A stretch of 64,000 bases of DNA from an uncultured Candidatus Saccharibacteria bacterium (GTDB lineage Bacteria > Patescibacteriota > Doudnabacteria > UBA920), in the NCBI GenBank assembly GCA_964594755.1, contig CAZQMO010000001.1, forward strand, positions 68,838-132,837, given 5' to 3'. Below are positions 48,348-58,581 of this stretch, piece by piece. The notes beneath the pieces are model-generated. The model was not told the DNA's origin. It ran no database searches and saw only the letters and a list, made by a program, of their open reading frames with translations. The stretch's first letter is position 1. Each line of letters starts with the position of its first letter. Made by a program: the position numbers and the translations under genes.

Positions 48348-48929
48348 CTAGACTTTTAAGGCGCTATTAATTCGCTGTGTAATATCTTCGATTGAACCGA
48401 CGCCATCAACTGTGAATAAGTCACCAATGCCTTGTAAAAATTTAATCACTGGCTTGGTTTCGGTGTCGTACAAATCTAACCGATAAGCAATCTTCTCCGG
48501 AGTGTCATCAGTACGGAATTCATGATGAGCTCGTTCTAACAAGCGCTTGATCGATTCATCTTTCGGCACATCAATGACAATGGTGGCAAATTGATTGAAA
48601 CCGTTTTGAGTTAAGTAATGAATTAAATACGCGCCCTGACCAACTCGGCGAGGCACCCCATCAAACAAAATCCGCTTATGCTTAATCACTTCTGGTAATT
48701 CTGAATTGAGTACCCGATACAATTCGTCATCCTCTAATAAATGACCTGCATCAATCAAAGATTTTACTTTGCGTCCAAACGGGGTATCTTTTTTGGCTTC
48801 TTCACGCAAAATCTCACCCATTTCCCAATAAAAGTAGCCTAGTTTTTCTGCTAAGACCTTTCCTTGAGTACCCTTTCCTGAACCTTGCGGGCCAACCATA
48901 AAGATGGCGTCATATTTTGGCATTTCCAT
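48348..48929 (-). CDS. adk: Adenylate kinase (short, lid without zinc)
   Basis: P-loop GPQGSGKGTQ plus NMP-binding and LID segments, 193 aa. Confidence 0.88.
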   Translation of the reverse strand: MEMPKYDAIFMVGPQGSGKGTQGKVLAEKLGYFYWEMGEILREEAKKDTPFGRKVKSLIDAGHLLEDDELYRVLNSELPEVIKHKRILFDGVPRRVGQGAYLIHYLTQNGFNQFATIVIDVPKDESIKRLLERAHHEFRTDDTPEKIAYRLDLYDTETKPVIKFLQGIGDLFTVDGVGSIEDITQRINSALKV

Positions 48930-48935
48930 GAGTTA

Positions 48936-48964
48936 ATTCTACCGATTTACAAACGTTTGAGCAA
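48936..48964 (-). promoter_or_regulatory. sigma-70 promoter for adk (TTGCTC -17- TAGAAT); leaderless start
   Basis: On the - strand: ttgctc, a 17-nt spacer, then tagaat, ending 6 nt before the adk ATG. Confidence 0.55.
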
Positions 48965-49036
48965 ACTTTATGGTATAATTAACAAAACTAAGCACCCCGA
49001 AAGAAAAATTTCCAAAGTAAAAACAAAAACTGACTA

Positions 49037-50767
49037 GTGAACAATATCTTTTTTGAATTAACCTTAGTACTCATTGCAGCTGCAGCGATTTCTTATGTGC
49101 TGCACTTTTTAAAGCAGCCAAGCATCATCGCCTATATAATTACCGGTCTGTTGATTGGTCCATTTGCGTTGTACCGATTACATCACGGAGAAATTTTAGA
49201 AGGTTTGGCTGAAATCGGCATCACCTTGTTGTTATTTATGGTGGGTCTGGATTTAGATATTTCACAGCTAAAACGGATCGGAAAAGCAGCGGTAGTGGCT
49301 GGTCTTGGACAGGTCTTGTTCACAGCAGGAATTGGTTATGTGTTAGCCAGCTTGCTTGGCATGGATCCGATACCAGCCTTGTATGTCGCAATTGCCTTAA
49401 CCTTCTCTTCCACCATCATTGTTGTAAAGCTGTTAACTGAAAAAAAGGATATGCAAAGTCTGTACGGGAAACTAGCTGTGGGAATATTCCTGATTCAAGA
49501 CATTGCTGCAATTTTTATTTTAATTTTATTAGCTGGAATCACGGGAAATAGTAGTGTCGGTGAATTAACCAGCGGTGGAATCCTTAACAGTGTGATTTTA
49601 ACCATTGCTAAAGCGTTCATGATCGGTGTTGTGGTTATAGCGTTAAGCCGTACTGTCTTCCCTAGGTTAATCAATTCCTTAATGAAGTCTGATGAAATGT
49701 TGTTGCTGTTCTCTTTGGGTTGGGCGTTAGGACTGGCAGCCTTCTTCACTTCACCTTGGATTGGTTTTAATGCTGCCATCGGTGGGTTTGTGGCAGGTTT
49801 GGCTTTGGCCAACACCGGTGCTCACTACCAAATTAGCGGACGCATCAAACCGATCCGTGATTTCTTCATTGTCATTTTCTTTATTGTCTTGGGCTCACAA
49901 TTAGTAGTTGGTAATCTCACTGCGGCGCTATGGCCTTCAATTATCATGGCCTTGTTTGTTTTGATTGGTAACCCAATCATAGTTACGATCATTCTGAGTT
50001 TTATGGGTTATAAAATCCGCACTTCATTTATAACTGGAGTGACTGTCGCCCAAATCTCGGAATTCAGCTTAATCTTAATGGCAATAGGTTTAGCAGCTGG
50101 ACATGTGGGTGAAACCGAAGTGACTGTTGTAACTTTAGTTGGAATCACTACAATAGCTATTTCTTCTTACGGAATCCTTTACTCTAACAAACTCTATAGC
50201 TTACTCATGAAAGTCACCATGGGTTGGTTAGATAAACTAGGACGACGCGCCGGCCGAGATCAAGAGCATTTAGGAGATACAGTATTTAGCAAACATATTG
50301 TGATTGTGGGTGCTCATCGATTAGGGAGCCATTTAGTTCAAAGATTACAAAAACAAAAGGACACGCAATTCATTATTATTGATTTTAACCCCGATGTAGT
50401 GAGTCATTATCGCGGTCTAGGCCTAGCTGCGGTCTGTGGCGACATTAGTGATCCTTATATCCAAGAAGTTGCCGGACTACCAACCGCCAAATTAATTATT
50501 TCGACTATCCCAGATTTTCGTGACACCAAAGCTTTGGTAGAAGCCATTGTTTCGCTAAAACGCAAACCAAAATTGATTGTGGCTGCTAACGACGAATCCG
50601 AGGCCTTAGAACTTTATGAACAAGGCGCGGACTATGTCTTACTCCCCCACTTTGTTGGTGGTGTTCATTTATCAGATATCATCCATTCTCACTCAGACAG
50701 CGCAAGTCTACGCAAATTAAAATCTAAACACTTAGAAACTATTAACAGATCACTCAAAGTCGCTTAG
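49037..50767 (+). CDS. CPA2-family monovalent cation:proton antiporter with C-terminal TrkA-N (KTN) domain (KefB-like); GTG start
   Basis: Twelve or more TM helices, then an IVIVGAHRLGSHLVQRL Rossmann motif. An in-frame TAG lies immediately upstream, so the start is GTG. A TGGTATAAT extended -10 is at 48971-48979. Confidence 0.85.
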   Translation: MNNIFFELTLVLIAAAAISYVLHFLKQPSIIAYIITGLLIGPFALYRLHHGEILEGLAEIGITLLLFMVGLDLDISQLKRIGKAAVVAGLGQVLFTAGIGYVLASLLGMDPIPALYVAIALTFSSTIIVVKLLTEKKDMQSLYGKLAVGIFLIQDIAAIFILILLAGITGNSSVGELTSGGILNSVILTIAKAFMIGVVVIALSRTVFPRLINSLMKSDEMLLLFSLGWALGLAAFFTSPWIGFNAAIGGFVAGLALANTGAHYQISGRIKPIRDFFIVIFFIVLGSQLVVGNLTAALWPSIIMALFVLIGNPIIVTIILSFMGYKIRTSFITGVTVAQISEFSLILMAIGLAAGHVGETEVTVVTLVGITTIAISSYGILYSNKLYSLLMKVTMGWLDKLGRRAGRDQEHLGDTVFSKHIVIVGAHRLGSHLVQRLQKQKDTQFIIIDFNPDVVSHYRGLGLAAVCGDISDPYIQEVAGLPTAKLIISTIPDFRDTKALVEAIVSLKRKPKLIVAANDESEALELYEQGADYVLLPHFVGGVHLSDIIHSHSDSASLRKLKSKHLETINRSLKVA

Positions 50768-50794
50768 CGCGGCTTTTTTTGTTACAATGGCACT

Positions 50795-52129
50795 ATGTTG
50801 AAAATCTACGATAGTCTGCAAAAACAGATCAGATTGCTCCCATATAAACCTGGTCAAACTGTAAATATGTACTCGTGTGGTCCGACCGTTTATGAGTTTG
50901 CCCATCTCGGTAATCTGCGCAGTTTTATTATGGCTGATATTTTACGTCGTACCCTAGAAGCCAATAAACTTAAAGTGAACTGGGTGATGAACCTGACAGA
51001 TATCGATGATAAAACCATCAAAGGCGCAATCAGCGAATTTGGCATTGACGCTGGACTGTCTCAACTCAAAACTTACACTCAAAGATACACCGAGAAATTC
51101 TTTGAGGATTTACGCACTGTCGGTATCAACACTGATTCAATCACTTTTATTAATGTCACCGATGTCATTGATGATGTTCAAGAATTGATTTTAGATTTGT
51201 TGGAAAAAGATTTTGCTTACAAAGCTGATGATGGTAGTGTCTATTTTAATATTGAAAAGTACCAAGCAGAGTTTGGTGATTACGGTGATTTAGTTGGGAA
51301 CAAATTCTTAGAAGGTAAAAAAGTCGGTGCTCGCATCAAGAGTGACGAGTACGATAAAGATAACCTCAGTGACTTTGCTCTCTGGAAAGCTTGGGATGAA
51401 CATGATGGACAGATTTTTTGGGAGCATCCAATTTTAGGCAAAGGCCGTCCTGGTTGGCACATTGAATGTAGCGCCATTAATTGCTTAGCCTTTAAGGGTC
51501 AACCTACAGATATCCATACCGGCGGTGTAGATCTTATTTTCCCACACCACACTAATGAGATAGCGCAAAGCCAGCCAATCTATCAACCGTTCGTAAACAA
51601 TTGGGTTCACTTTGAACATTTACTAGTAGATGGAAAGAAAATGTCTAAGAGTCTCAAGAATGACTACCGGCTCAGTGATTTAATAGCAAAAGGTTTTTCC
51701 GGCTATGACTTACGTTATTTCTTTTTACAAAGTAATTTTCGGCAACAGACCAACTTTACTTGGGACGCATTAGAAGCCGCACAGTCCGGTCGCAACAAAC
51801 TCCGAAGCTCTTTCACAAATTCTGATGACAAACTTGAAGCCAAACTCCTTAAGTCAATCAATGACAATCTAAATACTGCTGAAACCTTAGCCATGGCGCA
51901 TACACACAAAGAACATTTAGGGGCGTTTAATGAATTACTTGGGCTAGGTCTAGAACAGCAGGCTCAAGAAATCGAAATCCCAGATAATGTCCAAAAACTT
52001 TTGCATGAACGTCAACAAGCTCGCGATAACAAAGATTTTGCGAAATCTGATTTGCTCCGCGATCAAATCTCCAAACTTGGCTTTTCTGTGCTAGATACAG
52101 CGGAAGGTCAAAAAGTTACCCACAAATAG
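50795..52129 (+). CDS. cysS: Cysteinyl-tRNA synthetase
   Basis: Class I HIGH-like motif CGPTVYEFAHLGN and KMSKS (KMSKSLKN). The N-terminus is MLKIYDSL... Leaderless: -10 tacaat at 50783-88. Confidence 0.92.
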   Translation: MLKIYDSLQKQIRLLPYKPGQTVNMYSCGPTVYEFAHLGNLRSFIMADILRRTLEANKLKVNWVMNLTDIDDKTIKGAISEFGIDAGLSQLKTYTQRYTEKFFEDLRTVGINTDSITFINVTDVIDDVQELILDLLEKDFAYKADDGSVYFNIEKYQAEFGDYGDLVGNKFLEGKKVGARIKSDEYDKDNLSDFALWKAWDEHDGQIFWEHPILGKGRPGWHIECSAINCLAFKGQPTDIHTGGVDLIFPHHTNEIAQSQPIYQPFVNNWVHFEHLLVDGKKMSKSLKNDYRLSDLIAKGFSGYDLRYFFLQSNFRQQTNFTWDALEAAQSGRNKLRSSFTNSDDKLEAKLLKSINDNLNTAETLAMAHTHKEHLGAFNELLGLGLEQQAQEIEIPDNVQKLLHERQQARDNKDFAKSDLLRDQISKLGFSVLDTAEGQKVTHK

Positions 52130-52159
52130 ACATTAAAGGCTATAAATTGCCTGTCATTA

Positions 52160-52197
52160 AAACCGCTGGTTTACCTATTAAAACCCAGCGGTTTTAA
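52160..52197 (+). terminator. Terminator after cysS (aaaccgctgg ... ccagcggttt)
   Basis: 10-bp stem followed by a T-run. A second hairpin plus T5 is at 52235-52260. Confidence 0.7.
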
Positions 52198-52332
52198 TGT
52201 CTTTTCTTGCCTCCGCTTCGCTTTGGGCACGATCAGACCCAAATTAGGGTCTGTTTTTAGCAAGAATAAGCCACAAATTACGTCACAATGATAACTCCTC
52301 GTCAATAGAGGAGTTATTTCTTTTCTGCTACA

Positions 52333-53757
52333 ATGGGTAAACAGACTGTAGTTAAATACCAAATGGCTAATTCAATTGACCGGCTTCCGCCGCAAAATCT
52401 TGAAGCAGAGACTGCCCTCCTAGGCTGTTTAATGCTTGATAAAGACGCAGTAATTAAAGTCGCTGATAAAATCATTAGCGATGACTATTATGATCTTCGT
52501 CACCGCTTAATCTATGAAGCTATTTTGCAATTGTTCGAAAAGAACACTTCCATTGATATACTCACGGTTTCCAATTTACTGGAAGAAAAAAAAGACATTG
52601 AGCGCATCGGTGGGGCGAGTTACTTGGCGAGTTTAGTAAATTCTGTCCCCTCTGCGGCTAACGCTGCCTACTATGCTAGTATTGTTCGCAAAAAAGGAAC
52701 TTTGCGTCGTTTAATTTCCTCAGCATCTGAAATTACTAACTTAGCTTTTGCCGAGGAAGGTGAAATCGAAGATATTTTAGATAATGCCGAGCAAAAACTG
52801 TTCAATATTTCCCAGCAACACTTACAGCAAAATTTTATTCCTATTAGCAGCGTGTTAAGCGAAAGCTTTGATCGCATTGACGAGCTCCATCGTTCTAGCG
52901 GTAAACTCCGAGGACTCCCAACTGGATTTATTGATTTAGATAAGAAACTAGGCGGCTTACAAAAATCTGATCTTGTGATTTTAGCCGCCCGCCCATCTAT
53001 GGGAAAAACCTCTCTGGCGCTGGATATAATGCGTTATGTTGCAGTACACACCAAAACCCCTGTAGGAATCTTTTCTCTGGAAATGAGCAAAGACCAATTA
53101 GTTGATCGTTTACTTGCCGCAGAAAGTAATGTTGATTTCTGGAAAATCCGTACAGGTCAGTTGAACGATGACGATTTTGCCGCACTGGGTGATGCTATGG
53201 GTGCTTTAAGTGAAGCGCCAATTTATATTGATGACACCGCTGGTGGTAACATTATGGAAATTCGCACCAAAGCGCGCCGTCTGCAAATGGAACACAAGCT
53301 CGGCTTAGTGATCGTTGACTACTTGCAGTTAATGGCAGGTCGCAACACTGATAACCGAGTCCAAGAAGTTTCCGAAATTTCCCGTTCCCTTAAAATTTTA
53401 GCTCGTGAACTTAATGTGCCAGTATTAGCACTATCGCAGTTATCTCGTGGTGTAGAGAATCGTCCCGATAAGGTCCCGCAATTGGCTGACTTGCGTGAAT
53501 CTGGTTCTATTGAACAAGATGCCGACGTAGTAATGTTTATTTACCGTGAAGATATGTATAAAGGAAAAGAATCCAGTCGACCAAACATCGCAGAAATTCA
53601 TATTAAAAAACATCGTAACGGTCCAACTGGGCAAGTCGACCTGTTCTTTGACGCTGAACGCACGTCCTTCCGTAACCTTGATAAAAGCTTTGATACTAGC
53701 CCAGAGACTGTGATGCAAACATTGCAGGGCTTTGATGAAAACGAACCATCCAACTAG
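52333..53757 (+). CDS. dnaB: Replicative DNA helicase DnaB
   Basis: N-terminal domain (LPPQNLEAETALLGCLML), Walker A GARPSMGKTSLAL and RecA-like motifs H1a-H4. Confidence 0.95.
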   Translation: MGKQTVVKYQMANSIDRLPPQNLEAETALLGCLMLDKDAVIKVADKIISDDYYDLRHRLIYEAILQLFEKNTSIDILTVSNLLEEKKDIERIGGASYLASLVNSVPSAANAAYYASIVRKKGTLRRLISSASEITNLAFAEEGEIEDILDNAEQKLFNISQQHLQQNFIPISSVLSESFDRIDELHRSSGKLRGLPTGFIDLDKKLGGLQKSDLVILAARPSMGKTSLALDIMRYVAVHTKTPVGIFSLEMSKDQLVDRLLAAESNVDFWKIRTGQLNDDDFAALGDAMGALSEAPIYIDDTAGGNIMEIRTKARRLQMEHKLGLVIVDYLQLMAGRNTDNRVQEVSEISRSLKILARELNVPVLALSQLSRGVENRPDKVPQLADLRESGSIEQDADVVMFIYREDMYKGKESSRPNIAEIHIKKHRNGPTGQVDLFFDAERTSFRNLDKSFDTSPETVMQTLQGFDENEPSN

Positions 53758-53897
53758 ACAATATAATTAATATAAATTCTAGATTTTGAGACAAGTTCGA
53801 GGAATCAACGAGCAACGAGTGAGCCGTAATGAAAGTTACGGTGAGTGAGTAGCGGAGCTGATGACAAAGAAATTGTCCAAAATATAGAATTTAAAAC

Positions 53898-54497
53898 ATG
53901 TTAAAACTCCCCTCTTCTCTTCAGAGATTAATAAACGAATTTTCCAAACTGCCAGGCATTGGGCCAAAAAGCGCTCAACGCCTAGCTTTTTATTTACTAA
54001 AAAAAGATAATGTCGAAATTATGCTTTTGTCTGACAGCGTTCGTGAAGTTCGTCACGACATCACTTTTTGTAAACAATGTCATAACATGGCGGAAACTGA
54101 TCCTTGCAGCGTATGTGCCGATAAATCACGCAATCAAAAATTGATTTGTGTAGTTGAAGAACCATTAGATGCTATAGCGCTCGATAAAACCGGGGTCTTT
54201 AATGGTTTATTTCATGTCTTAGGTGGCGTCTTGAATCCCATGGAGGGAATCACCGCCGACCAGCTCAACATCGGCTCGCTCATTGACCGAATCAATCAAC
54301 TTGGCGCCGAGGAAATAATTATTGCCACCAACCCCACCTTGGAAGGCGAAACCACGGCTATGCATATTGCCAAACTACTCAAAGACACACCGGTTAAAAT
54401 TTCTCGCATCGCGCGTGGCTTACCAATGGGTGGTGACCTTGAATACGCCGACGAAGTTACTCTTTCCCGAGCTTTGGAAGGCCGCCGCGAAATTTGA
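53898..54497 (+). CDS. recR: Recombination protein RecR
   Basis: HhH (LPGIGPKSAQRLAF), C4 zinc finger CKQC...CSVC and a Toprim domain. Leaderless: -10 tagaat at 53885-90. Confidence 0.93.
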   Translation: MLKLPSSLQRLINEFSKLPGIGPKSAQRLAFYLLKKDNVEIMLLSDSVREVRHDITFCKQCHNMAETDPCSVCADKSRNQKLICVVEEPLDAIALDKTGVFNGLFHVLGGVLNPMEGITADQLNIGSLIDRINQLGAEEIIIATNPTLEGETTAMHIAKLLKDTPVKISRIARGLPMGGDLEYADEVTLSRALEGRREI

Positions 54498-54527
54498 AAA
54501 AACCCTCGATTAATTCGAGGGCTTTTT
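54498..54527. terminator. Bidirectional terminator (aaaccctcg-attaatt-cgagggctttttt)
   Basis: Stem with T-runs, between the convergent recR and htrA-like genes. Confidence 0.75.
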
Positions 54528-55586
54528 TTATAATTGTTCAGCTGTGATTAAAATTGAAACTGTATTACTACCGCGCTGAACATTCAGGCTAATCACTTGA
54601 GAAGGTTTAATTTTTCGAAACCATTGGTCAAGATTCAAACTTTCATCAACTTTAACACCGTCTACTTCGAGAATAATATCATTGGCTCTCAAGCCACCAC
54701 GACTAGCGGGACTACCAACCGCGACTTCGCTCACCCTAGCACCAGGATTGGACTGTAATGCCTTAGCTTCTAATTCATTCAAAATCTGATAACTAAACCC
54801 TAAGCTTGGACGAATAATGGTTTTTTGGTTGCCAAAGAGATTATTGACGAGCTCCTGGGTTTCTTCTGCAGGAATAACTTTTGAACCATCCCAAATCCCA
54901 ATTAAACGTCCGGAGAGATTCAACACAGCACTCCCAGCTGGAACTGGTTCAAATAAATTGAGGGAAAGATTTCGTGAAACTAAATCACTATTTGCAATCT
55001 GGCCAGACACGTCTGTGCTTAATTGCTTAATATAACCTGTATAAAATCTTGCTTGGCCAGATGACAAGGAGTTTTGAATCATGACCACTTGCTGACCCAC
55101 TCGTAAATCTCGAGGTTCAACTGAGGAATAAACAATTAAATCTCGAGCTGAAGTTTGTAACACAACTAAATCAGATGCTGGATCAGAGTAAGCAGCTTCA
55201 ACTGGATATACATCACCCTTAGACGTCACTACTGCATAGACTTTACCAGCAGCAGCTAAGGCACTTTTTGCAGTGACAAAGTAGCCGTCACTGGTCCAAT
55301 TAACAGCGCTCCCTGAGAGCACCATATTATTGCCGTCATAATAAGCTAGTGCGGCGGTACGAGTTTTTGCATTCTCTGCTGTTTCAACTAAATCGTTATT
55401 TGTGTTAACGCGAACAGTCTCACGGTTAGTTACAACAATCGGAGCTTGGGTATTAAATAGACCCCACTTCCTGGCCCAGGAAGTTGTTGCTAATCGAGCT
55501 GAAACATAGTTGCCAATCAATAAATCAACAACCAACACCACTACGATAATAACTAGGACTAGTAAGGCAATTTGCTTTTTATTCAT
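54528..55586 (-). CDS. Membrane-anchored HtrA/DegP-like trypsin-fold protein with C-terminal PDZ domain; catalytic His apparently absent
   Basis: N-terminal TM anchor, then a trypsin-like domain alignable to DegP (GYFVT..., DLVVLQ, AVLNLSGRLIGI) and a PDZ domain (GARVSEVAVGSPASRGGLRANDIILEVDG). The DegP TNNHVV His position reads TAKSAL. Confidence 0.65.
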   Translation of the reverse strand: MNKKQIALLVLVIIVVVLVVDLLIGNYVSARLATTSWARKWGLFNTQAPIVVTNRETVRVNTNNDLVETAENAKTRTAALAYYDGNNMVLSGSAVNWTSDGYFVTAKSALAAAGKVYAVVTSKGDVYPVEAAYSDPASDLVVLQTSARDLIVYSSVEPRDLRVGQQVVMIQNSLSSGQARFYTGYIKQLSTDVSGQIANSDLVSRNLSLNLFEPVPAGSAVLNLSGRLIGIWDGSKVIPAEETQELVNNLFGNQKTIIRPSLGFSYQILNELEAKALQSNPGARVSEVAVGSPASRGGLRANDIILEVDGVKVDESLNLDQWFRKIKPSQVISLNVQRGSNTVSILITAEQL

Positions 55587-55593
55587 AAATTGA

Positions 55594-56340
55594 TTAGTTC
55601 TGGATCGTCCAAGGGGACGAAATTAAAATAATTACTGACAAGATAATAACTAACAACAAGTTAAATTGAATTTGTCTGCGAGTAAGACTCTGATATAAGT
55701 AATGATAATATATTGCCCACAATAAATACAGGATGACAAAACTTAAAATCGCTAACACTGAAAAGTGTAATGGTAAAAATTGTAAAATCCAAAAAATTTG
55801 AGCAGCAAATAACCCTAGTACTAATGATGCAAACCATTTCACAGTAGACTCATGAGGCACAGCATCAACCGAAGTTCGCACTAATACACATACCCCTAAG
55901 AAGACTAAACCAAGATAAACTAAGCCAGACAACGGGAAATAAAAATGGAACCCATACAACCCTAACATCAAACTAGCCAAAGAAACTAAGAATAAATTCC
56001 AACCTAACTGCTGTCCTTTATTGGCTACTAAGGTTTCAAAAATAAAAATCAACGGGATGCTAAAAAGGATAAAGGTTGTTCTGACAAATCCCAACGGAAT
56101 GATAAACAATAAACCAAACCAGATTAAAATAAACAGCGGTACACGTATCAACAGCCACAAGTTATACTGAGCCTGACTGAGCAAATAACGCCAATTGTAC
56201 AAGCTTAGAGCAACCAAATAGAGCAGCACCGCTGGTACTAAATAACGAAAAACTAAATCACCTCTAGTTAAAAAATAAATGAGTGCCGAAAAACCTATTG
56301 CGAAAATTATACTAAAGATTTTATGTCTATTGGGATTCAT
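55594..56340 (-). CDS. Polytopic membrane protein, hypothetical
   Basis: Seven or eight hydrophobic helices. The internal Met (MNPNRHKIF) is the likelier start because it overlaps the lgt stop by about 14 nt. Confidence 0.5.
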   Translation of the reverse strand: MNPNRHKIFSIIFAIGFSALIYFLTRGDLVFRYLVPAVLLYLVALSLYNWRYLLSQAQYNLWLLIRVPLFILIWFGLLFIIPLGFVRTTFILFSIPLIFIFETLVANKGQQLGWNLFLVSLASLMLGLYGFHFYFPLSGLVYLGLVFLGVCVLVRTSVDAVPHESTVKWFASLVLGLFAAQIFWILQFLPLHFSVLAILSFVILYLLWAIYYHYLYQSLTRRQIQFNLLLVIILSVIILISSPWTIQN

Positions 56341-57259
56341 GGTTGTAAATTTTCTTATACACGATGATACAAATGCCAAGAATAAAGAGCAGCCCAGCAA
56401 TGATTAAGTTCTGCTTGATTCCAAAGATGATATTGCTGTCCAAACGTAAAGATTCTGTAAAAACTCTCAATAACCCGTATAATATGAGCCACCACACAAA
56501 GATCTGTCCAGAAAACTGAGGGATTTTTAGTCTTTGAGCAAGGCTTGGCCAGTTTACCAAAACCAGTAAAATCAGTAAACTCCCTAGGGCTTCATACAGA
56601 AACAGCGGATGAAAATAGCTAAATTCCCGCCAGGCCAGCAACCGGAACTCCATTGGCACAAACATTTTCCAAGGAAGCAGAGTTGGCGTGCCGTAAGCTT
56701 CATAATTAACTAGATTACCGAAACGGCCAATGATTTGCCCTAACACCAGACTAGGCACAAGCCAATCTAAAAGTTTAAAAAATGGCTGCGATTTGTTCTG
56801 ACTTAACCAATATACCCATAGACCAATTAACCCACCAATCACAGCCCCAATTATTCCTAGCCCGCCCTGCCACACAAACAGAATTTCAATTGGATGGGCT
56901 ACATAGTAAGCCAGTTCGGTAATTACATGATAAAGTCGAGCTCCTAAAAAACCGCCAACCAATAAATATATCGAGACGCTGTCGAGCTGAGTTTTAGTAA
57001 AGCCAAATTTACTAGCGCGTTGGGCCGCCAAATAATATGCTGACAATACAGCTAGAGCTAAAATCAAACCATACCAACGAAAAGACCAACCAAACAACTC
57101 AAGTGATTGTGCAAAAATTATCTGGCCTGGAAAGACCCAAAACAATAAGACCACTAACCAAGCGACACTAAGCCCTGTGATCAAAAGTATTTTTTGTTTG
57201 GACATTGAAGTAGGCCAGTTAGGCTGACTAGAATAAAACAGTTTGTGTGTAAACTCCAA
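56327..57259 (-). CDS. lgt: Prolipoprotein diacylglyceryl transferase Lgt
   Basis: Lgt signature GRFGNLVNYEAYG plus polytopic topology. The start may instead be the internal Met at about 57205. Confidence 0.85.
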   Translation of the reverse strand: MEFTHKLFYSSQPNWPTSMSKQKILLITGLSVAWLVVLLFWVFPGQIIFAQSLELFGWSFRWYGLILALAVLSAYYLAAQRASKFGFTKTQLDSVSIYLLVGGFLGARLYHVITELAYYVAHPIEILFVWQGGLGIIGAVIGGLIGLWVYWLSQNKSQPFFKLLDWLVPSLVLGQIIGRFGNLVNYEAYGTPTLLPWKMFVPMEFRLLAWREFSYFHPLFLYEALGSLLILLVLVNWPSLAQRLKIPQFSGQIFVWWLILYGLLRVFTESLRLDSNIIFGIKQNLIIAGLLFILGICIIVYKKIYNHESQ

Positions 57260-57806
57260 CGCGGCTCTGTGGTTCCTGGCACCTGATAGGAATTTCTTTG
57301 ATTGAAAAGTAATCGCGATAAAGAATCTTTTGATTCTTTAAAGCATGCTCATAAACACCCTTAGTAACTTTTACATCATCCAAGCAATATCGTTTGAGCA
57401 AATCCATTTTGCCGTTTTTGTAATACAGCAAAGCCTCTAAACCATTTCCAGATTTGCCTGTGCCTAAAGTTGCCTGAGCAACTGCTTCTAAGCGAATTTT
57501 ATGGCCGACTACTTTTTCAATTTCCTCCAGAATGTCGTAGGCGGGAATTTGCTGGAGTGAGAAGTTTAGATACGGCTGCAGTACTTCAAAATCAAATTGC
57601 TTGATATTAAATCCAATAATTTGATCAGCTGATTGCAGCAGCGGTGCTAAACGCGGCAATTCATGCTCTTCATAAATTTCATAAATATCACGGGAATAGT
57701 CATAAATCCCGCAAACTGAAACTTTGAGCAAATGATTTTTGCCCCGACCACCGACATCATCAAAAGATTTTTGAGTTTCCAAATCTAAAACTATCTTTTT
57801 GAGCAT
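57228..57806 (-). CDS. RNase H-like fold 3'-5' exonuclease-family protein (DEDD/YprB-like)
   Basis: Motifs IVLDLETQ (Exo I), IGFNIKQFD (Exo II) and YCLDDVKVT (Exo III). Confidence 0.55.
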   Translation of the reverse strand: MLKKIVLDLETQKSFDDVGGRGKNHLLKVSVCGIYDYSRDIYEIYEEHELPRLAPLLQSADQIIGFNIKQFDFEVLQPYLNFSLQQIPAYDILEEIEKVVGHKIRLEAVAQATLGTGKSGNGLEALLYYKNGKMDLLKRYCLDDVKVTKGVYEHALKNQKILYRDYFSIKEIPIRCQEPQSRVGVYTQTVLF

Positions 57807-57925
57807 TTTTTGATTTTGGTTTCTTTTTACTGAACTTTCTTTGCTTTAAGTATATCAGACTTTGAAGCTGATAACCAAAATATCGCTTAATTATGGTAGG
57901 TTTTTTCTGGTTTAATTTTTATGGG

Positions 57926-57954
57926 TTGACAAACGTGACAATAAATGGTAATAT
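57926..57954 (+). promoter_or_regulatory. Consensus sigma-70 promoter (TTGACA -17- TAATAT) at the start of GC-rich non-coding island
   Basis: ttgaca at 57926-31, spacer aacgtgacaataaatgg (17 nt), taatat at 57949-54. Confidence 0.65.
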
Positions 57955-57960
57955 ATTTTT

Positions 57961-58547
57961 ACGAATTCGTTATGGATAGCTGGTGGCTTTGCCGCCTGAT
58001 ATAGATCCTGTCTGATTCAAAGACGGGCCGCAAAGCCCATCCTAACGATAATACGCCAAGACTTGTTGGTCGATGGCGTCGCGGAGTTCGCGGAGCAACA
58101 AGCAGTGCCCCCCGATTCGCGATTCGTAAATACCCTTTTCAGAAATGACTAGGGTGAAAATGGGCGACTAATAATCGTTCATATAGGAGGGTGGGTCCCT
58201 AGGGCTCACCCATCTAAAGACACTTCACAGGAGGACTTTTGGAATGAAACACCGTATTCATGGTCCGCCGGCAACGACACAGAGACAGGGAATGTAAAAA
58301 AAAGATCGTCGACCGGCTCGACCGAAGCCTAATCGGCTTCGGCGCCAAAATAGTGCGACAATCACGTCGCACAAAGGAGAGATCATCATGTACCCATCAC
58401 CCAACTAGCCGCCCCGGCGGCGAAATAATGATCAAAAAACTGATCGGCGGGGCGAGCAATCGCCCCTTAGCAATCATACTTGTTTCCTCCAAGTAGCGAC
58501 CCGGAGTCGCACCCGAGAGCAGTCTAAAAAACTGCTCTCTTTTCTTT
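57961..58547 (+). ncRNA. Candidate large structured ncRNA A (about 590 nt, GC-rich, many GNRA-capped hairpins); identity unknown
   Basis: Runs from the promoter above to the terminator gagagcag-tctaaaaaa-ctgctctc plus TTTTCTTTT (58515-58547). Local GC is far above genome background. All six frames are broken, with only Arg-rich ORFs typical of GC-rich non-coding sequence. Confidence 0.4.
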
Positions 58548-58575
58548 TGACATAAATCTGCAATATTGCTAATAT
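58547..58575 (+). promoter_or_regulatory. Second consensus promoter (TTGACA -17- TAATAT) inside island
   Basis: ttgaca at 58547-52, spacer taaatctgcaatattgc (17 nt), taatat at 58570-75. It overlaps the T-run of the preceding terminator. Confidence 0.6.
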
Positions 58576-58581
58576 GGCAAG

